Below are positions 23,377-36,566 of a DNA stretch of 64,000 nucleotides, piece by piece. A program made the translations under genes and the position numbers. The first letter of the stretch is position 1. Each line of letters starts with the position of its first letter. The notes below the pieces were generated by a model that did no database searches, was not told the origin of the DNA, and was given only the letters and a program-made list of their open reading frames with translations. Source of the DNA: Microthyrium microscopicum. Its lineage: Eukaryota. Where the stretch lies: contig MU004231.1 in assembly GCA_010405405.1 (NCBI GenBank), forward strand, positions 1,743,784 to 1,807,783, read 5' to 3'.

Positions 23377-25119
23377 CTACCACCCTGAATTCGACCCTGA
23401 ATCTGTATCCCAACTTGAGTCTAAATCCGAGTCTGAGTCTGAATCGGAATCTGAATCTGAATCTGAATCAGAGTCGAAATCGGAATCCGAATCAGAATCG
23501 GATTCTGAGTCCGTGTCTGTGTCTGTGTCTGTGTCTGTGTCTGAATCTGAATCTGAATCTGAATCTGAATCTGAATCTGAGCCTGAGCTTGAGCCTGAGC
23601 CTGAGTTCAAGTCTAATTCTGATTCTGATTCTGAATCTGAATCCGAGTCCCAGCATCCACATTGTGAATCCAGCGCCCAGGTATTATCATCCTCATACTT
23701 GGCATGTGGACATGGACTTGGCTTTGGACCCTCTTTTGCGTACCGTTTCGCCCAGATCGCCATTTTCCACATCTTTCCTGCCCAAATCTCTGCGCAGCGA
23801 GTATAATCGACATGATTATCTGGAGTGAGCACCATGCACCAGTGCGCTAATTCAGATTTGAGTTGTAAGTTGACTGAACTATCTGGTTGTTGTGCTGACT
23901 CCAGAGAGACAGTATCAAAAGATTCTTGGAGCATTCGATCCAGGTCTTCGCTGTATTCTTTTATAAACTCGTAAGTTGTCTGCCATTGAGCATACCAGTT
24001 TCCAGGCTGGACCATAACAGGATCGGGTCGATAGTACCCGTAGCATTCTTTGCTTCTCTGATCAACTGTAGCGATACGATGCTCCGAAACTTTTTCTTGA
24101 AGATCTTGGAGAATCCTCAAAATCGAAAACTCTGGAAGGCTTTCGAATGCTCGGCTGCGGTCGTCCTTTTTGTACCTTTCATTCAATTCATTCGCGGCCA
24201 GGTATCCAGTGTGGTATTGGAGCTTCCATTGCTCGCTCTTTGTCCAATTTATTTCGAACTTGGCAAATTGCCATCGATCACGGTCTATCAGACTGAGATT
24301 TGGAATACGGTGGTGAAGACGAATGACAACCCAAGTGAGATTTGGTAAGAGTGGTCTTAGGTAATGCAGACAGAAATTCCCTGTGACGCATCGACAAGCG
24401 CTCAACTCCGTTATCAAGTCTTCTGGGGTGAAGTCTGCGGCGAATACTTGGACTGGTAACATAATTTTTCGCAAGGCTTGCGCTGTGCCAATGCTAAAAG
24501 CCAATGGAACCGGGGAGGAATTTTGGCCGAGGCCTTTGAATGAGCGACGCATTTGAGCTAGCTCGTGCTTTTCAGTTTCGAATAATAGATGATACTTAGC
24601 TAGGCAGCTGTCGTCGTTGGTCAGATCTTGGTAGAAATTGTCTGGTTGCGCTTCAGTGAGTTGCTGCATCTGGAGGCCCAAAAGCAATACACTATCAACC
24701 CCTAGAGACGATACTGCGCAACCTGTTTTTCTGTCACGATAAAGGTTTCTTCTCAAAAAATCGCTGTCGTCGCCACTGTGCCAGTAGACCTCGATCGTGG
24801 GAAAACTAAAGTATTTGACTGCTAAAGCGTAGCGATCGATTTCGTCATTCATAATTCTTGAAGCAGAGCGCAAACTTTTGAGGGTACTAGGCAACGCGAA
24901 ATGATAAACCATTCGACGAAGTTCTAGAGGCAAGTCGAAGAAGCGAAATCCTATCAGTGTTCCAGAACCAAGACGACATTGAAGCTACGAAGGGCATCAA
25001 TGTAAGGTCCTCTATTATAATATGTTCCAATAACTCACCATCTCTTCAATTAGGAAAATTTGCTCGCCATAGTCCCCAAGCTGCTCGTAGTGGTGATGAG
25101 AGAGTTCTTCCAGACTCAT
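23377..25119 (-). CDS. F-box-like hypothetical protein with a Ser/Thr-Asp repeat tail. Exon 1 about 25119-25039, intron about 54 nt
   Basis: [22 protein letters not shown]-box-like motif and a 518-aa ORF. GTGAGT..CGTAG intron joins MSLEEL...EEM in frame. Confidence 0.7.
23395..23650. repeat. Coding hexanucleotide microsatellite (GAATCT, GTGTCT, GAGCCT units on +) encoding DS/DT/GS dipeptide repeats
   Basis: Tandem units read directly. Confidence 0.9.
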
Positions 25120-26135
25120 TTTGTTGAGTTTGAGCGAGTTGGTCCTTCAGTTGAAATGATATTGTTGGTATGCGTGTGCGGTGTACCAGTGTTTGGCGTT
25201 TTAACGATATTGCATTGGGCAGTTTATGCTTTACAGCGTTGGGTTGGTCGTCTACGAACTCTTAGGAATATTGGCTGAGTTTAAATAGCTTTTTTGAAAA
25301 GCGCATACTGCCTGTGACTACCTTATGCTGTCTGCTCCTCTCTAACTCTGGACGTTAAAGATTATGTAAGCTACAATCCTGAGTGAATACCTGGGCTCCG
25401 CATACTGATGAGCTGTTATATCTGTATTTATAGATCTTCTTCGTCATCTTCATCGTCATCTTCATCATCCGCAGTGATTGTATTACTGGCGATGTAAGAG
25501 TTGCAACAGATTCAGAAGAGACTCCAGTTTAAAACCACGCTGCTCGACCGCATGATCGCCCAGGTACTAAGCTGTCTGCCATAAGATATTCACTTCTGCC
25601 CTACTAACCGCCAAGTGATGGACAAGTAGCTGATAGATTTCCGTATGCTATAATGGGTCTTATAGGCCATGGCCTTCTATAGAGTACCTCATCTCCCACC
25701 GAGTGCGTAGAGAGGTAGGTATATTATCGGCTAGGGTGGGACACGGAGAATGTGCTCTTGACAAGCGTTGATGGTAGCCATCAGATTGTACAAGTTAATT
25801 GTCCTTGGGAAGTGAACAAAAGCATGCCCGTATGTGTTCATTGGCCGCCAGGCACACAAAATGCTTGTATTTGTTTTAGTTGAAATTCATTATGTACTGT
25901 ACTTTAAAGGGTACTGGTCTCTCATGAGTTCTTTAAAGAGCCTCTCGATGAGAATGAAACTCCCTTCCTAGGTATTTTCGCAGAAAATTTAAGTGCCGCC
26001 TATTTCAGTAAGAACATCAGGACTATCGTCCCACATAATGGTACTTTGATCATACATGTCGCGCAACCTTCGTACATAATCTCAGGGAGGCTCCCGCTCG
26101 AAGGATATGTCTAATTGAGATCTAAGCCCAAATTT

Positions 26136-27055
26136 CTATATTCGCACTTTTGTCAGCCAGAGCACGTCGACAACAAATCTGAAGTAGTGGTCATTGCCAA
26201 CTTCAGGCGCCAAATCATGGCGCCATTGCTCTATTTCGCGACGTAATGCCAGCTTAGCCTCTGCTGGCTTGGAGTAGGTGGCAATCAGCCGGCAAACTTC
26301 TTGAAAATGCTTGTCGAGCGTAGCGCAGAAGCTCACAAGGTATGCAATACATTCCTTTTTTGGTCGAGATTGAGCAACGGTTCTAGGAAGTTGACCATGT
26401 TCGACCCACCTCCACACATAACCAAATTGCCGTCCCATAAACCCTATGTCCAACTCGATGAGCCGGTGAAGTGAAGCCAAAAGACGAGAGCAAGTTGGAA
26501 ACCTCAGCATGGGAGAGTTGTCCAGGCCCTGGCCTGTATAGTATTGTAACTGAGTTGATATGCCTTCCGTTTCGACAAACAATTGCAACGGCTTCTCGTT
26601 GACCCAATCTACATTATACTGGGCAAATTCGTAATGTACGTCCTCGTTGTCTTTTAGTGAAGTTCCACGAGTTATCGTGAGACATTTTAGCTTGGGCATT
26701 ACGTGTCTTAGCTCGTGTTCTAGGCAGAGGAGCATTGTGCAACGGCATTTTATCAGATAATTGACAGGTGTGTATGAGCTTCGCAGCGGGTGTATACGGC
26801 TGGGATACCATAAACAGTCGATACGATATCTCCCTTTCTCGTCGTGTTCTGGTACGTAAGGCTCGAGGATGATAACCAGTTTGATAATCTTCTATGCGAC
26901 TCGGGTATTGAACGAGATGGGTGTTTTGGTACAGCTCCGCCCAGCGCGAGAATAAATAAAGTAATGAGAAGGAGGACTGTGTCCACGGCATCCTCCTTCT
27001 CGTAACAACTTGAGCATTCTTCTAACCAGTTACCGTATCTCGAAGCTATATTCAT
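26136..27055 (-). pseudogene. Frameshifted, 5'-truncated paralog of the 23377-25119 gene
   Basis: Similarity is split over three frames: AVDTVLLL~[27 protein letters not shown]~[36 protein letters not shown]~[30 protein letters not shown]~[21 protein letters not shown]~[11 protein letters not shown]. Confidence 0.55.
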
Positions 27056-27154
27056 CGGTCACCCTAGATGGCTGCTCCGTATTTTTCAACATAGTTCGCG
27101 TCTTATGTATGCACGCTCAAGCCACATTTTCGTCGATACTTCCGTACATATCGA

Positions 27155-27598
27155 TCAAATTCGCGGAGGCCCACCCGCACCGAACGGCAACCTCTTCCCA
27201 AACGCCAGCGCAACCCACCCACCAATAAGACATAATCCGCCCAGCGGAGTTACCGGCCCCATGAACTTGAATCTCTGTGGATCCAGCACGAGAAGGTATA
27301 TCGATCCGCTAAATAGGGTCATGCCAGCGATGAATAACGATGCCGCGAGTTTGTTCTTTGGAGCGACGCTTGTAGCTAGTAGGAGGACGCCGGAGTGGAT
27401 CAACTATATCTTGTGTCAGACTGATATATCAGAGTAATTCATTGCAGTGTTTTATACCTGATATTGAGCTGCCGTACCCCAGTTTGCGATTCGTTGTGGA
27501 TCAGCGATGCGCTTCTTCAAACCATGAGCGCCGAATGCGCCGGCTGTCACTGAGAACGCGCCGTACAGGCAGCCTATTGTCCAGAAAGGGAACGGCAT
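27155..27598 (-). CDS. DUF423/TMEM256 family small membrane protein, intron 27457-27404
   Basis: GAFGAHGLK..WGTAAQYQ|LIHS..GMTLFSGSIY..GPVTPLGGLCLIGGW. Confidence 0.92.
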
Positions 27599-27993
27599 AA
27601 TTCGATTGCTACGTGGAGAGTTATGGGATACGCTATGTGGAGGAGAGCGGTTGCGATGACAGCTTGAAGATCGCAGCTTGAAACGCGAAGTTGCAGATGG
27701 ATCCACTGCCAAGACTTGCGGCTCTGTGCCACATTTCAGCCTTATGACTTCAGCCTTGCTCAGCATGAGTTCTATGGGTTTACCGAATATCCATATAGTA
27801 CACCTAAATTATTGACGTAGTTTCAGTGATTCCGGTCATTTCTTCTAAGTGTTATATTCGGCATAAATACTACAACCCGCCAAGACAGTCATCGCCGTTA
27901 CGCCGTACTTCAACTCCATCAAACCCATATACACACATATCCACAACATACCATCCAATAACTCCAGTCCATTCTATAATCTATCATCAACAT

Positions 27994-29155
27994 CTAAGGC
28001 ACCGATGGGAATTTACTTCCAGCCTTGCCAACTGCCATATCGCGAATCAACTCCTGAAGCCAATTTGGATTGCCCCGAATACCCGCTGCGATTCTGAGCT
28101 TCGATGGAATGATCAGCTGCCCACCGCGACAGCTGAGGATTTGATTGACAATCTTCTTTCCAATCACATCCACCCGCATTAACCCACCCTGTGTCTTGTC
28201 CAAATGGTCCTCGTATCCAGCCACGAGTGGCGTGCGGACCCACGATGGATGTACGACTGTGTTTAGCACACCGGGCGTTTTGTAGATGTGCTTGATCTCT
28301 TGTCCCAAACCTGGTCACAGTTTAGCATCTCATTTCTTTGAAATCTGGGACCGATATACCTTCGTGGAAGGCCATCACGGCGGCTTTGGTAGAGCCATAG
28401 TCGACGATCCCAGGCGGTGCGACGAAAGATGCCATACTCGCCATTCCAATAATATGCCCCTTATTCTTAGCAATCATATGAGGCAAGAATTCCTTAACCA
28501 GCCAGAAATGGCTAATAATGTTGATCTGGAAGATCTTCGTGACCCACTCATTGGTCGTATCCAGAATACTATGCGGTTTTCCTACGCCCGCATTATTAAC
28601 CAAGATACTTGGCTCGCCTAACGTAGTGCGAACAGCTTTCGCTGCCTCTGCAATGCTCGATGGCGACGTTACATCGCAGTGGAAGAATGTGATTTTTGAA
28701 TCTATGTTTTCCGTCAGTCTCTGCCAATGAAAGAACGAGGAAAATGGCTTACTGTTTTCAAATTCAGTAGGCAACGCCTGAATATCTAGCACAGCGACTT
28801 TCACGCCCTTTGCAGCGAGGCCCTGCACGATCTCCTTGCCAATGCCACTGCATCCACCTGTAACGACGGCAACTTCCCAGTTCCAGACCCACTTATCTTT
28901 CTCCGTCTTCCATGTCCAGTTATTGAGAGCCCAGCTATTCAGCTTCACGTTAAGATCGCGCGCCAATCCAATAAGCCATAGAACTTTGAGCGCGCGGATG
29001 AGCTTTTCAACGTTCTTCCCCGAAAGTCGCGAATGTAGTCCAATGAGCAGCGGTAGACGTAGACGGGCCGGCGAAGAGGTAAGGAGCCAGTGGAGGGTTC
29101 CTGTGATCCAGGGATTTAGGGGCGCAGCGGTGAGTTTGGAGACGAGGGAAGGCAT
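27994..29155 (-). CDS. Short-chain dehydrogenase/reductase (17-beta-HSD11/RDH-like), 2 introns
   Basis: VVTGGCSGIG, ILVNNAG, catalytic YGSTK, VHPSWVRTPL. Start at MPSLVSK. Confidence 0.9.
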
Positions 29156-29700
29156 CGTGATAGCGATGGTGGTGAGGTTGGAGGCGGCGCAGAAAGGAAG
29201 AAGATGTCGCAAAAAGGTTGGAACAGGAAAAGAGGAAACAAACAAATGTTTATACAAACTTAAAAGAACAGAAAAAAGAAAGTGGATGCCTTGTGAAGCT
29301 TGAAGGCGATTGGGGTTGATCGATGGGATGAAGTTAGAGGGCAGCCGAGGCTGTTTCATTCAACACCAAAATTGAAGCTCGCCACATGCATTACGCCCGT
29401 ATACCAAGAACAAGCTACATAATCAGGTAATTAGTTTATTCCTAGCTCCACAGCAGGATATGAGCTTAGTATATACTATTCACTGTTTGAATGGTAGGCT
29501 ATAAGCTCTCAACTATTGAGATATTCTTTGGCATTTTCATATGTTTATGTAAAATATGTGCTGCGCAATTCCAAAGACGCCTGAGGCTAAAACGAAGACA
29601 AGTATAGTTCAGAAGCTCATCCACTTCATCCACCACAGAAGCCGCATATTGCATCTGTTTAGCTTAGTCACTCTTCTTCCAATCCTGTCCAGAAGCCATT

Positions 29701-31742
29701 CTACGCTTCCCAATCCATCTTATCCGCATCGTCTACTTCTGTAGCCGGCGCCTTGCCCTTCCCAACAGGCCCATCGAATTCTTTCACGCCAGGAGAAAGT
29801 TCTTTCTCTACTCGTAGTGCGGACCGTCCTGGGCCCCAGAACCACTTCACTAGGCCCCGATCAGTCCAGGCCCACAGCATGTCATCGTCTGTAAAGTGGA
29901 GCTTGTGGACAACACCGCGCGGTGGGAGTTCGATGGGCTTAAGTGAAACAATTCGTCGATGGAACAGTCGGGTGTATTGACGGTAGTATCCTTGGCCGCA
30001 GTTGACGCTGTATGTGTGGTCATCCTTTTCGCCATATTCGCATGAAAAGTTTAGAAACTGAAATGTTTTTCGCTTGACTGATTTTTTCTTCCAGTCATCA
30101 TTCCACTCCAGAGATCCCTCCTTGGCAGTAAGAAATGCTTCCGGTTCAATGGAGTACAGTTGAATACGATCCCATGTGGCTACCGCTATACGGCGGGCAC
30201 TCGTAGCGACTATAAAGCCATGGGATATTGATGTATCCAGATTAAGGCCATCGAGAGTTCCAACGATTTCATGCTCGAGTGGTGCTAATGACTTGTGCAT
30301 GTCCAGATGGACACAGTTATCGCTGTCCACGGAGCCTTTGACTAGAAACAAGCCAGCAGGGCGTGCGCACTTTGCATTCGTGCAAGATCCATCCTTAAGG
30401 AATGCAAGTTGGAGAACCTAAAATATCAGTAATAATCTTGCACGGAGTTTTAGTTGTAGACTTACAGAAGAGACACAGCATATGGCTCCATCGCTGTTTG
30501 TTATGCATTTGTGATTATGACCGACTCCAATGGGTAGCCATCTATAAGCGCCGAAGAAAGAGTCTTCATCCTTGACGCTTGGTTGTGGAAGAAGCTCAAT
30601 GTTCGCGGAATATTCGAAGCAACTTCCAATTTGATAAGTGGCCATTTGACTTCCAGACGAGCATACTCGTAGGTGTTTATCTTCTAATAATGAAACCGAG
30701 TGAATGGATCGATCGACTGTGATAGTGTCCGTATCACTATCAGAGACCGCGAGTCGAGCTCCTGTTCCCGCAGTAATATTGATGTAGCTCGGAGAAGGTT
30801 CTGCGATATATTGGTTAGTTGAATGTCTCGAAGGGCGAATCAAATTTTGAGTCAAGCTTACCAAATGTCTTTTCCGTGCTCTTGTATGATTTGATACGAT
30901 ATTGATTACAAATGTTGCTTTCAATCAGGCGAAACACTAGGACGACTTCGCCATTGGGCGATGCTTCCATTGCCACTGGACTGTACTTAGGCTTCCAGCT
31001 TATGTCTCGTAGCGTCTCAAGGGAAACTCCTTGGGAATGCGATATTGAATATGTTGCAAGCTTGCGAGTAGTGGTGGATTTTGCAACGGCGCTAGACGGA
31101 AGTTAGCAAGATCAAGGAAGACATGATGAGTACTAACTCTGCCATAAAGTCGTTTTTTCTTCTCGCCTTTCCCAAAGTTGATTGTCGATTATTAATGGAG
31201 TATTTGTACAAGACAGTGAGATGTCGTTGGCTCTTCTGTTCGTGTAGCTTGACTAACAGAACCTGAATGGAATCGGCCTCCAGTCCAAGGATGGCCGGAT
31301 CCACGACTGTTCTCCAAAGCGGGAAGCCATGCTGTAGATTATAGATATGTACTTTCGCTTGATCCTCATCAACTGCTGCAACCAATTCGTATGGATCATG
31401 ATGGCCCTCAAGTCTACCTAGTTGGCCAAGCTTGAACCGCGTTGCAAACGGGGGTTTGTATGTGATCACGTCGCAAAGCACAGAGACGCCATTCAGGCAA
31501 TGATCCGCTGCGCGAGTGTTGTATACTGGGAGAAGTTCTCGCACGTTGTCCTGGCATACATTTACACTACATTGATGGAGGCCGGGTAGCGCGCGGAGAT
31601 GTGAGTGCAGAGCTTGAGCACTGTTTATGAGTTTTTCACGAAGCTCGCGATTGATCATCAGAAGTATGGAGAAGGCGGGAGGGTCGAGAAAGGAGACGAC
31701 ATAGTCGAGAAGCTCTGGAGGGAAGCGAGGGTTTAGGAGCAT
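29701..31742 (-). CDS. F-box-like protein with a probable beta-rich C-terminal domain, multi-exon
   Basis: LNPRFPPELLDYVVSFLDP F-box-like start. GT..AG introns near 31.1, 30.8 and 30.45 kb link ORFs with YRWLPIG, RRIAVATWDRI, LWAWTDRGLVKW. Confidence 0.7.
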
Positions 31743-32721
31743 GTTTGCGATGGACGGAGGACTCGAGAGGATGCGCTCGTTTGACTGCGCAAGATACGAC
31801 CGTTCTCCGGTGCAGCGATGGAGAGACGAGGCATGAGGTATGCCCCAGTGGAGAAGATTGAAGAGAGAGGCACAGAAAGAATAGTAAGAGGTGAAATAGA
31901 AGCTAGACTATCTGAAGAATGAGAGATGAATGTGTTGACAGAAATAGACCGGCGGGTTGGAGGGTTGGTGGAGGTGGATGGTGGATGGTGGAGCTTGTGC
32001 CAGGCCAGGTCTCTAGTGGAATTGCAGGTGAGGCTCCATGTCGTTTGCCTTCAATGTTGTCCTTTAAGTCGCAAAATGTCAGGTCTCACTTTAGCTCCTC
32101 CTTTACCTTCAGTACCTCCTTCAATGCGCAATAAAGCTTAAATCTCAGGTTCTGCTCAAAGAGAATAATTCGCTCATATTAGTACTTCTATTCTATTCGA
32201 TTGTGGGAGAAGTAGATTGTTCATCTGGCGCAGTCAATAGTTTCTGCATGCTCATTGGTTGGGAACTTCCAGCTTCAGCCTTGCGCTAACAACGTCGTTT
32301 CTTCTTCAGCCTTGTTTTCGTTAATTTTATTGCGCGCAGCATCAATACATCACAAGACTGAAGGATCGAATATAGGCTTTTTATGTGCAGTCTCGATGCT
32401 CTAGTATACAAAGAAACCGGGTTTCGAGATCCAATATTCCTTTCCATAACCAAAATCCAACACGCACCCCGTTGCCAAACAGTGAACATACCCGACCGCA
32501 CGGCCTAGTTCCATGACCCAACACCGTTTTCCTATCAACATTCTAGCTTGATAGCACAATAAACTTTGTAATGCCCTCCACTTCAGACTGCGAACTCCGT
32601 GCAAAAACCCAAAGTCTCTTTCTCACACACACTGTCTATCCTAAGGACAGTTCGTTGTAAAGAGATACACGAACAGAGAGAAGGCAATTGAAAGCTCACC
32701 TCACACGTTTTTGAGAGGTTG

Positions 32722-34127
32722 CTACATGTGATATGGCGCATACGGCGATGGAATCGGCACTGGATAACGCTGGTGAGGCAACCACTGATTCCAGAAAGCT
32801 TGGAACTTGTCTGGCGACATGGCAGCGAGGATTTGCTCGTTACGTCTCTTTTCCGCCTCGGCATCGCGTGTATAAGTGCGCGGGACGTTAGAGTTGATCT
32901 ACTATAGTTAGCCGAGTTATCATCGTGGAAGCTGTAAGCAGTGCACAGTTCGCAACTGGTGAATTGGCGGTCTGGTCCCAGTAGCCAGAGAGACATTTCA
33001 ACCGAGTATAGGGAATGATTGGAGCTTCTGATCTGGAAATAGCTTACCTCTTGACGTATGTACTCGCACATGGCGCTGACATGCATAGGGAGCAAGGGCT
33101 TTTTGTCCTGGCGCACCACTAAGATGCTTCCTGGGCCACGCAGTGTTGCTGCAGGATAAGGTTGGCTAACGGGCATAGCTGGGCGGTAGTTCTTGAGATC
33201 GCAGTCAAAATGTAGGACGTCGGCATTGATGTTCGATATGAGTCGCTCTCCAACGACTGAAGCGTTCAGAACTGGCGTAAATCGAGTGTCCAAGGAATTC
33301 TTGCGCGTGAGAAGAGGGAGCTCCAGCAGCTTAGCAGTCTTGGGCATATCATGCTCCTGAAAGATAGGATGGTTCAACACAATGTCAGTCATTTGAAATC
33401 TGAGGCCTTTCTTGCTGGCCTTGAGATCGCCATCGCAGAGAATTATGGCTGCTTTGACTTTGTGCTCCCCTGCTTTCTGGACCATCACCTTCTCCGCCAC
33501 CAGTTTCTGATACAATGACTTGGGTGCTGGCGATCCGGTAAAGCGATTGACCGTCTTGAAGTAGTCAATAACATGAGCATAGTCGATTAGTGTCAGATCT
33601 TTGGATGCCGCGGGAGAGTTGTTCAGTCCAATTGAGCCATAGACAAGGACCGGACCTTTGTAGGTATGAATAGTGCGGTCTTCAGTGGCTTCGCAAATGC
33701 TCTTGTTGACTTTTGACCCATCAATCATGTAATCATCGCGGTAGGAAATGAACAAAGTATCCGGCAGCCATCTGTCCAAGGTCTGATTATACTGAATAAT
33801 AGAGTAATCAGTCAAACACTTGGGAGGTCCGAGTAGTTTCGCCTCGCTTTTGCGATCTGGTACCCAACAGTGCAGCTCTGCGATGAGGTTGTGTTTGAGC
33901 CAAATGAATTGTGGACCTTTGTTGACCGAGAACAGAATTGCGCGATAGTCATCTTCCGAAGGCCGGCTAGTCGGTGCGAAATCAGCGAAGCTTGCGCAAA
34001 GCAGCTTGTGAGCAGGCCAGTCAGCTTTCTGGCAGTTGACAGAGCAGTAGCGTGCAGAGTTGCACTGTCCGCAGTGACGCTCCCATGGGCTGTTGCACAT
34101 GAGACATAGAGTTTCGATGTCTGCCAT
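32722..34127 (-). CDS. MYND-type zinc finger protein, intron 33047-32899
   Basis: CLMC..CGQC..YCSVNCQKADWPAHKLLC; GSILVVRQDKKPL. Spliced last exon INSN...FQAFWNQW...PSPYAPYHM* is preferred over the unspliced ORF end at 32583. Confidence 0.85.
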
Positions 34128-34884
34128 GTTGACGGAAGGGAAGATAGCAACGATACGAGCCGCAGGAGGAGAAAGAGGAGAACATATAACCCAAGGAAAT
34201 TTGCGATAGTGAAGAGAAGGTGAGGAGAAGAAGTTGTCAATACTTTCACAACAAAGTTTTGAATATTGCGCCGTTGGTGTGCTTTGATGCCTAAACTTGA
34301 GTTCCGAGGGGAACAGATATGGCAGGAGCGAAGTGTTATTTGGGAAGGAGCACCATCTTGGTATCTTCTTGCCGTTAATGGCATTGGGAAGGCACGTTGC
34401 GGGTCCACATCACCACTCCAAGTCGTCAAAGGCCACGAGTCTCTTGAAAGGAGTATGCCCATTGCGTCCAGGAAAACACCAGTTTCTCAGGGTTTTCAGG
34501 AGTAAGCACAAGTTCAGCGAATTAATACTCTCATCTGTGACACACAACTCTGGAAAGCAAAGAAAACCCAAACAAAGTTCAGTCAACTATAAGTCCCACC
34601 TTAGTCAGTAGGACCATATCGACGTTAGCTTGACAAACTCCCTCCATAAGACAACGCCTTTTTCCGGGAATTTCCAGACTATTATTTGCCATATATCTGA
34701 TAGTCAGATATTTATCATTGAGTGGCTTATGACCAACAACATGAGACTGAAAATCCATATTTCTCCTCGCTTTTGTGTTCCATGAGGGCTACAACTTTTA
34801 GCGTAGCTGGTTTTGTATATGTTTATGAGGTCTTGCTTGCTTTCTGCTTGTCATACAGTAAATTCTGACATAGAGTTTCTCACT

Positions 34885-34995
34885 CATCTTGATCTTCATC
34901 GTCATCTATCCCTTCATCTTCATCTTTGCCTTCATCTTCATCTTTCCCTTCATCTTCATCTTTCCCTTCATCTTTGTCGTGATCTTTACCTTCAC
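34885..34995. repeat. CATCTT-based tandem repeat with 6/18-bp periodicity; minus strand reads (KDEDEG)n
   Basis: cttcatcttcatctttcc units read directly. Confidence 0.85.
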
Positions 34996-35516
34996 AATAT
35001 TCCCCTCTGTTTCCGTAATAACCCCCTTTTCTGTACAACATTTTGTCTATATTTCCGGAGGCTCAATCAAAATCTGTTCTATACAGGAGTATATCATGGC
35101 TCGGGAGGTGCCCACTCAGGCAACCGTAGTAACCGCCGGCCTCTACCAATCAAGTCTTCTTCAGACACCAATGCTGGAGTCAAAAAGACGCAAAAGACTA
35201 TGACTACAACTGGTTTGCTGAGCACTCCAGTAATTGCAACTGGACCTTCCGGAAAGCAGATCATTCGTACCACTAACACCATTGGTACCATCACCGCTCC
35301 CAAGGAGCAAAAGACCCTGCTGGGGTCAACAATCCCGGCCACTCAGCCTGCCCGCAAACCGCGAGCCCAACCAATGAAAAAAGTTGTGTCCGCAGATCTG
35401 AGTTCCCTTTTCAACGCCAGCCGTATGGCTCGAGATGGTTCCCGTGGGATGCGTAAACATGTCACTACTTCATCGCATGCGCCGGGAATCAGAGCATGCT
35501 CTTATTATGAAGTGCA

Positions 35517-35554
35517 ATGGTAGGCATCGTAGTTGATGGGAGTGTGCCCCTTTT
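35517..35554 (+). repeat. Dispersed short hairpin repeat, copy C
   Basis: atggtaggcatcgtagttgatgggagtgtgcccctttt aligns with copy E. Confidence 0.65.
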
Positions 35555-35863
35555 CTCCTTCCCCATTTAGCTTGCAGATTTTGCAGATCATGGTTGATGT
35601 TGAGAAGCCAAGTCACCTATCCCGGCTTCCTAGATATATATTACTATTAGGTGATCCTCAGGGTCAGTTGCCTTTCGTGCAGGAGCGAGACGTGTATATA
35701 ATACCGCAAAGTCTAGACCAATGCAAAGACTGGTGAAAGGTTGGTCAGTTCATTCTAGTGAAGTTTCTAGGGTAAGCTAGCGCGCTTCGTCATTGCTATC
35801 AATATTTGATACTCAAGCAGGCGAGCAGATTACAGAACGCATATTTGGTAGCAGGAGGCAACC

Positions 35864-36079
35864 CAACCGGGTGACCGATTGAATGACGCGCTCCCATCAA
35901 GTATGATGCCTCCCATCGCACCTCTTGAAGAAAAGCTACTTTCAATTCCAACGCACTCGATGGGGAACTAAGTAACATACACCTCAAGAAGGAGATAACG
36001 CAACTTGGCATAGAGCGTAGCAGATGGCAGACATCATACTTGATGGGAGCGTGCCACTTATCTTGTCACCCAGTTGCTC
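35864..36079. repeat. Inverted pair of the dispersed repeat: copy D (35864-35920, minus) and copy E (36013-36079, plus); MITE-like fold-back
   Basis: cgctcccatcaagtatgatg and catcatacttgatgggagcg are exact 20-bp reverse complements; similarity extends to gtcacccRgttg. Confidence 0.8.
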
Positions 36080-36566
36080 TCCTCGGATATAAACCATCAA
36101 ACACTATAGAGGCTTTGTATTATTGAAACACCAACGGAAAAGCAGAAGGGGTGCTTTATTTGTCTTATAGGACGTTCAGACTCGAATGTTTTATCGAATG
36201 CACCGGAAATTATAAAGCATCCCAATTGAAAGCGTTCATGGGAGTCAGCGAAGTTTATGGGTGAACGCCAGTGATTCTGTCATGCGGTTCTGGTCCAAGC
36301 CAGAAGTGGAATAACGTCTTCTGCTTTATGACAGCGTCTTTCCGTTCTTTCCGCCTTGACTATATTTTGATCATGGTCAACAGGTAGTGCTTTAAATGCC
36401 CAAAAAGGAAGGAATTCACTCGCTTGAGCGGCAGTCTAGGAAGTAGGTATCAACACAGCCTTGTCGATGTGCCCTTGCAATACGAAGTAAAGGTAGTCAA
36501 ACATCAGCAAAGCAATAAACTCAAAGCACACAGTGCAGCGTTTACCGCGGCATCCTCATTGATTTA

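Noticed and set aside
23277..23828. Plus-strand ORFs with (LN)n, (LC)n and (SE)n
   Set aside because: Shadow frames of a stop-free hexamer microsatellite in the minus-strand gene.
32583..33047. Unspliced C-terminus of the 514-aa MYND ORF
   Set aside because: Reads through a GTAAGC..CTAAC..TAG intron; the spliced frame gives a more plausible ending.
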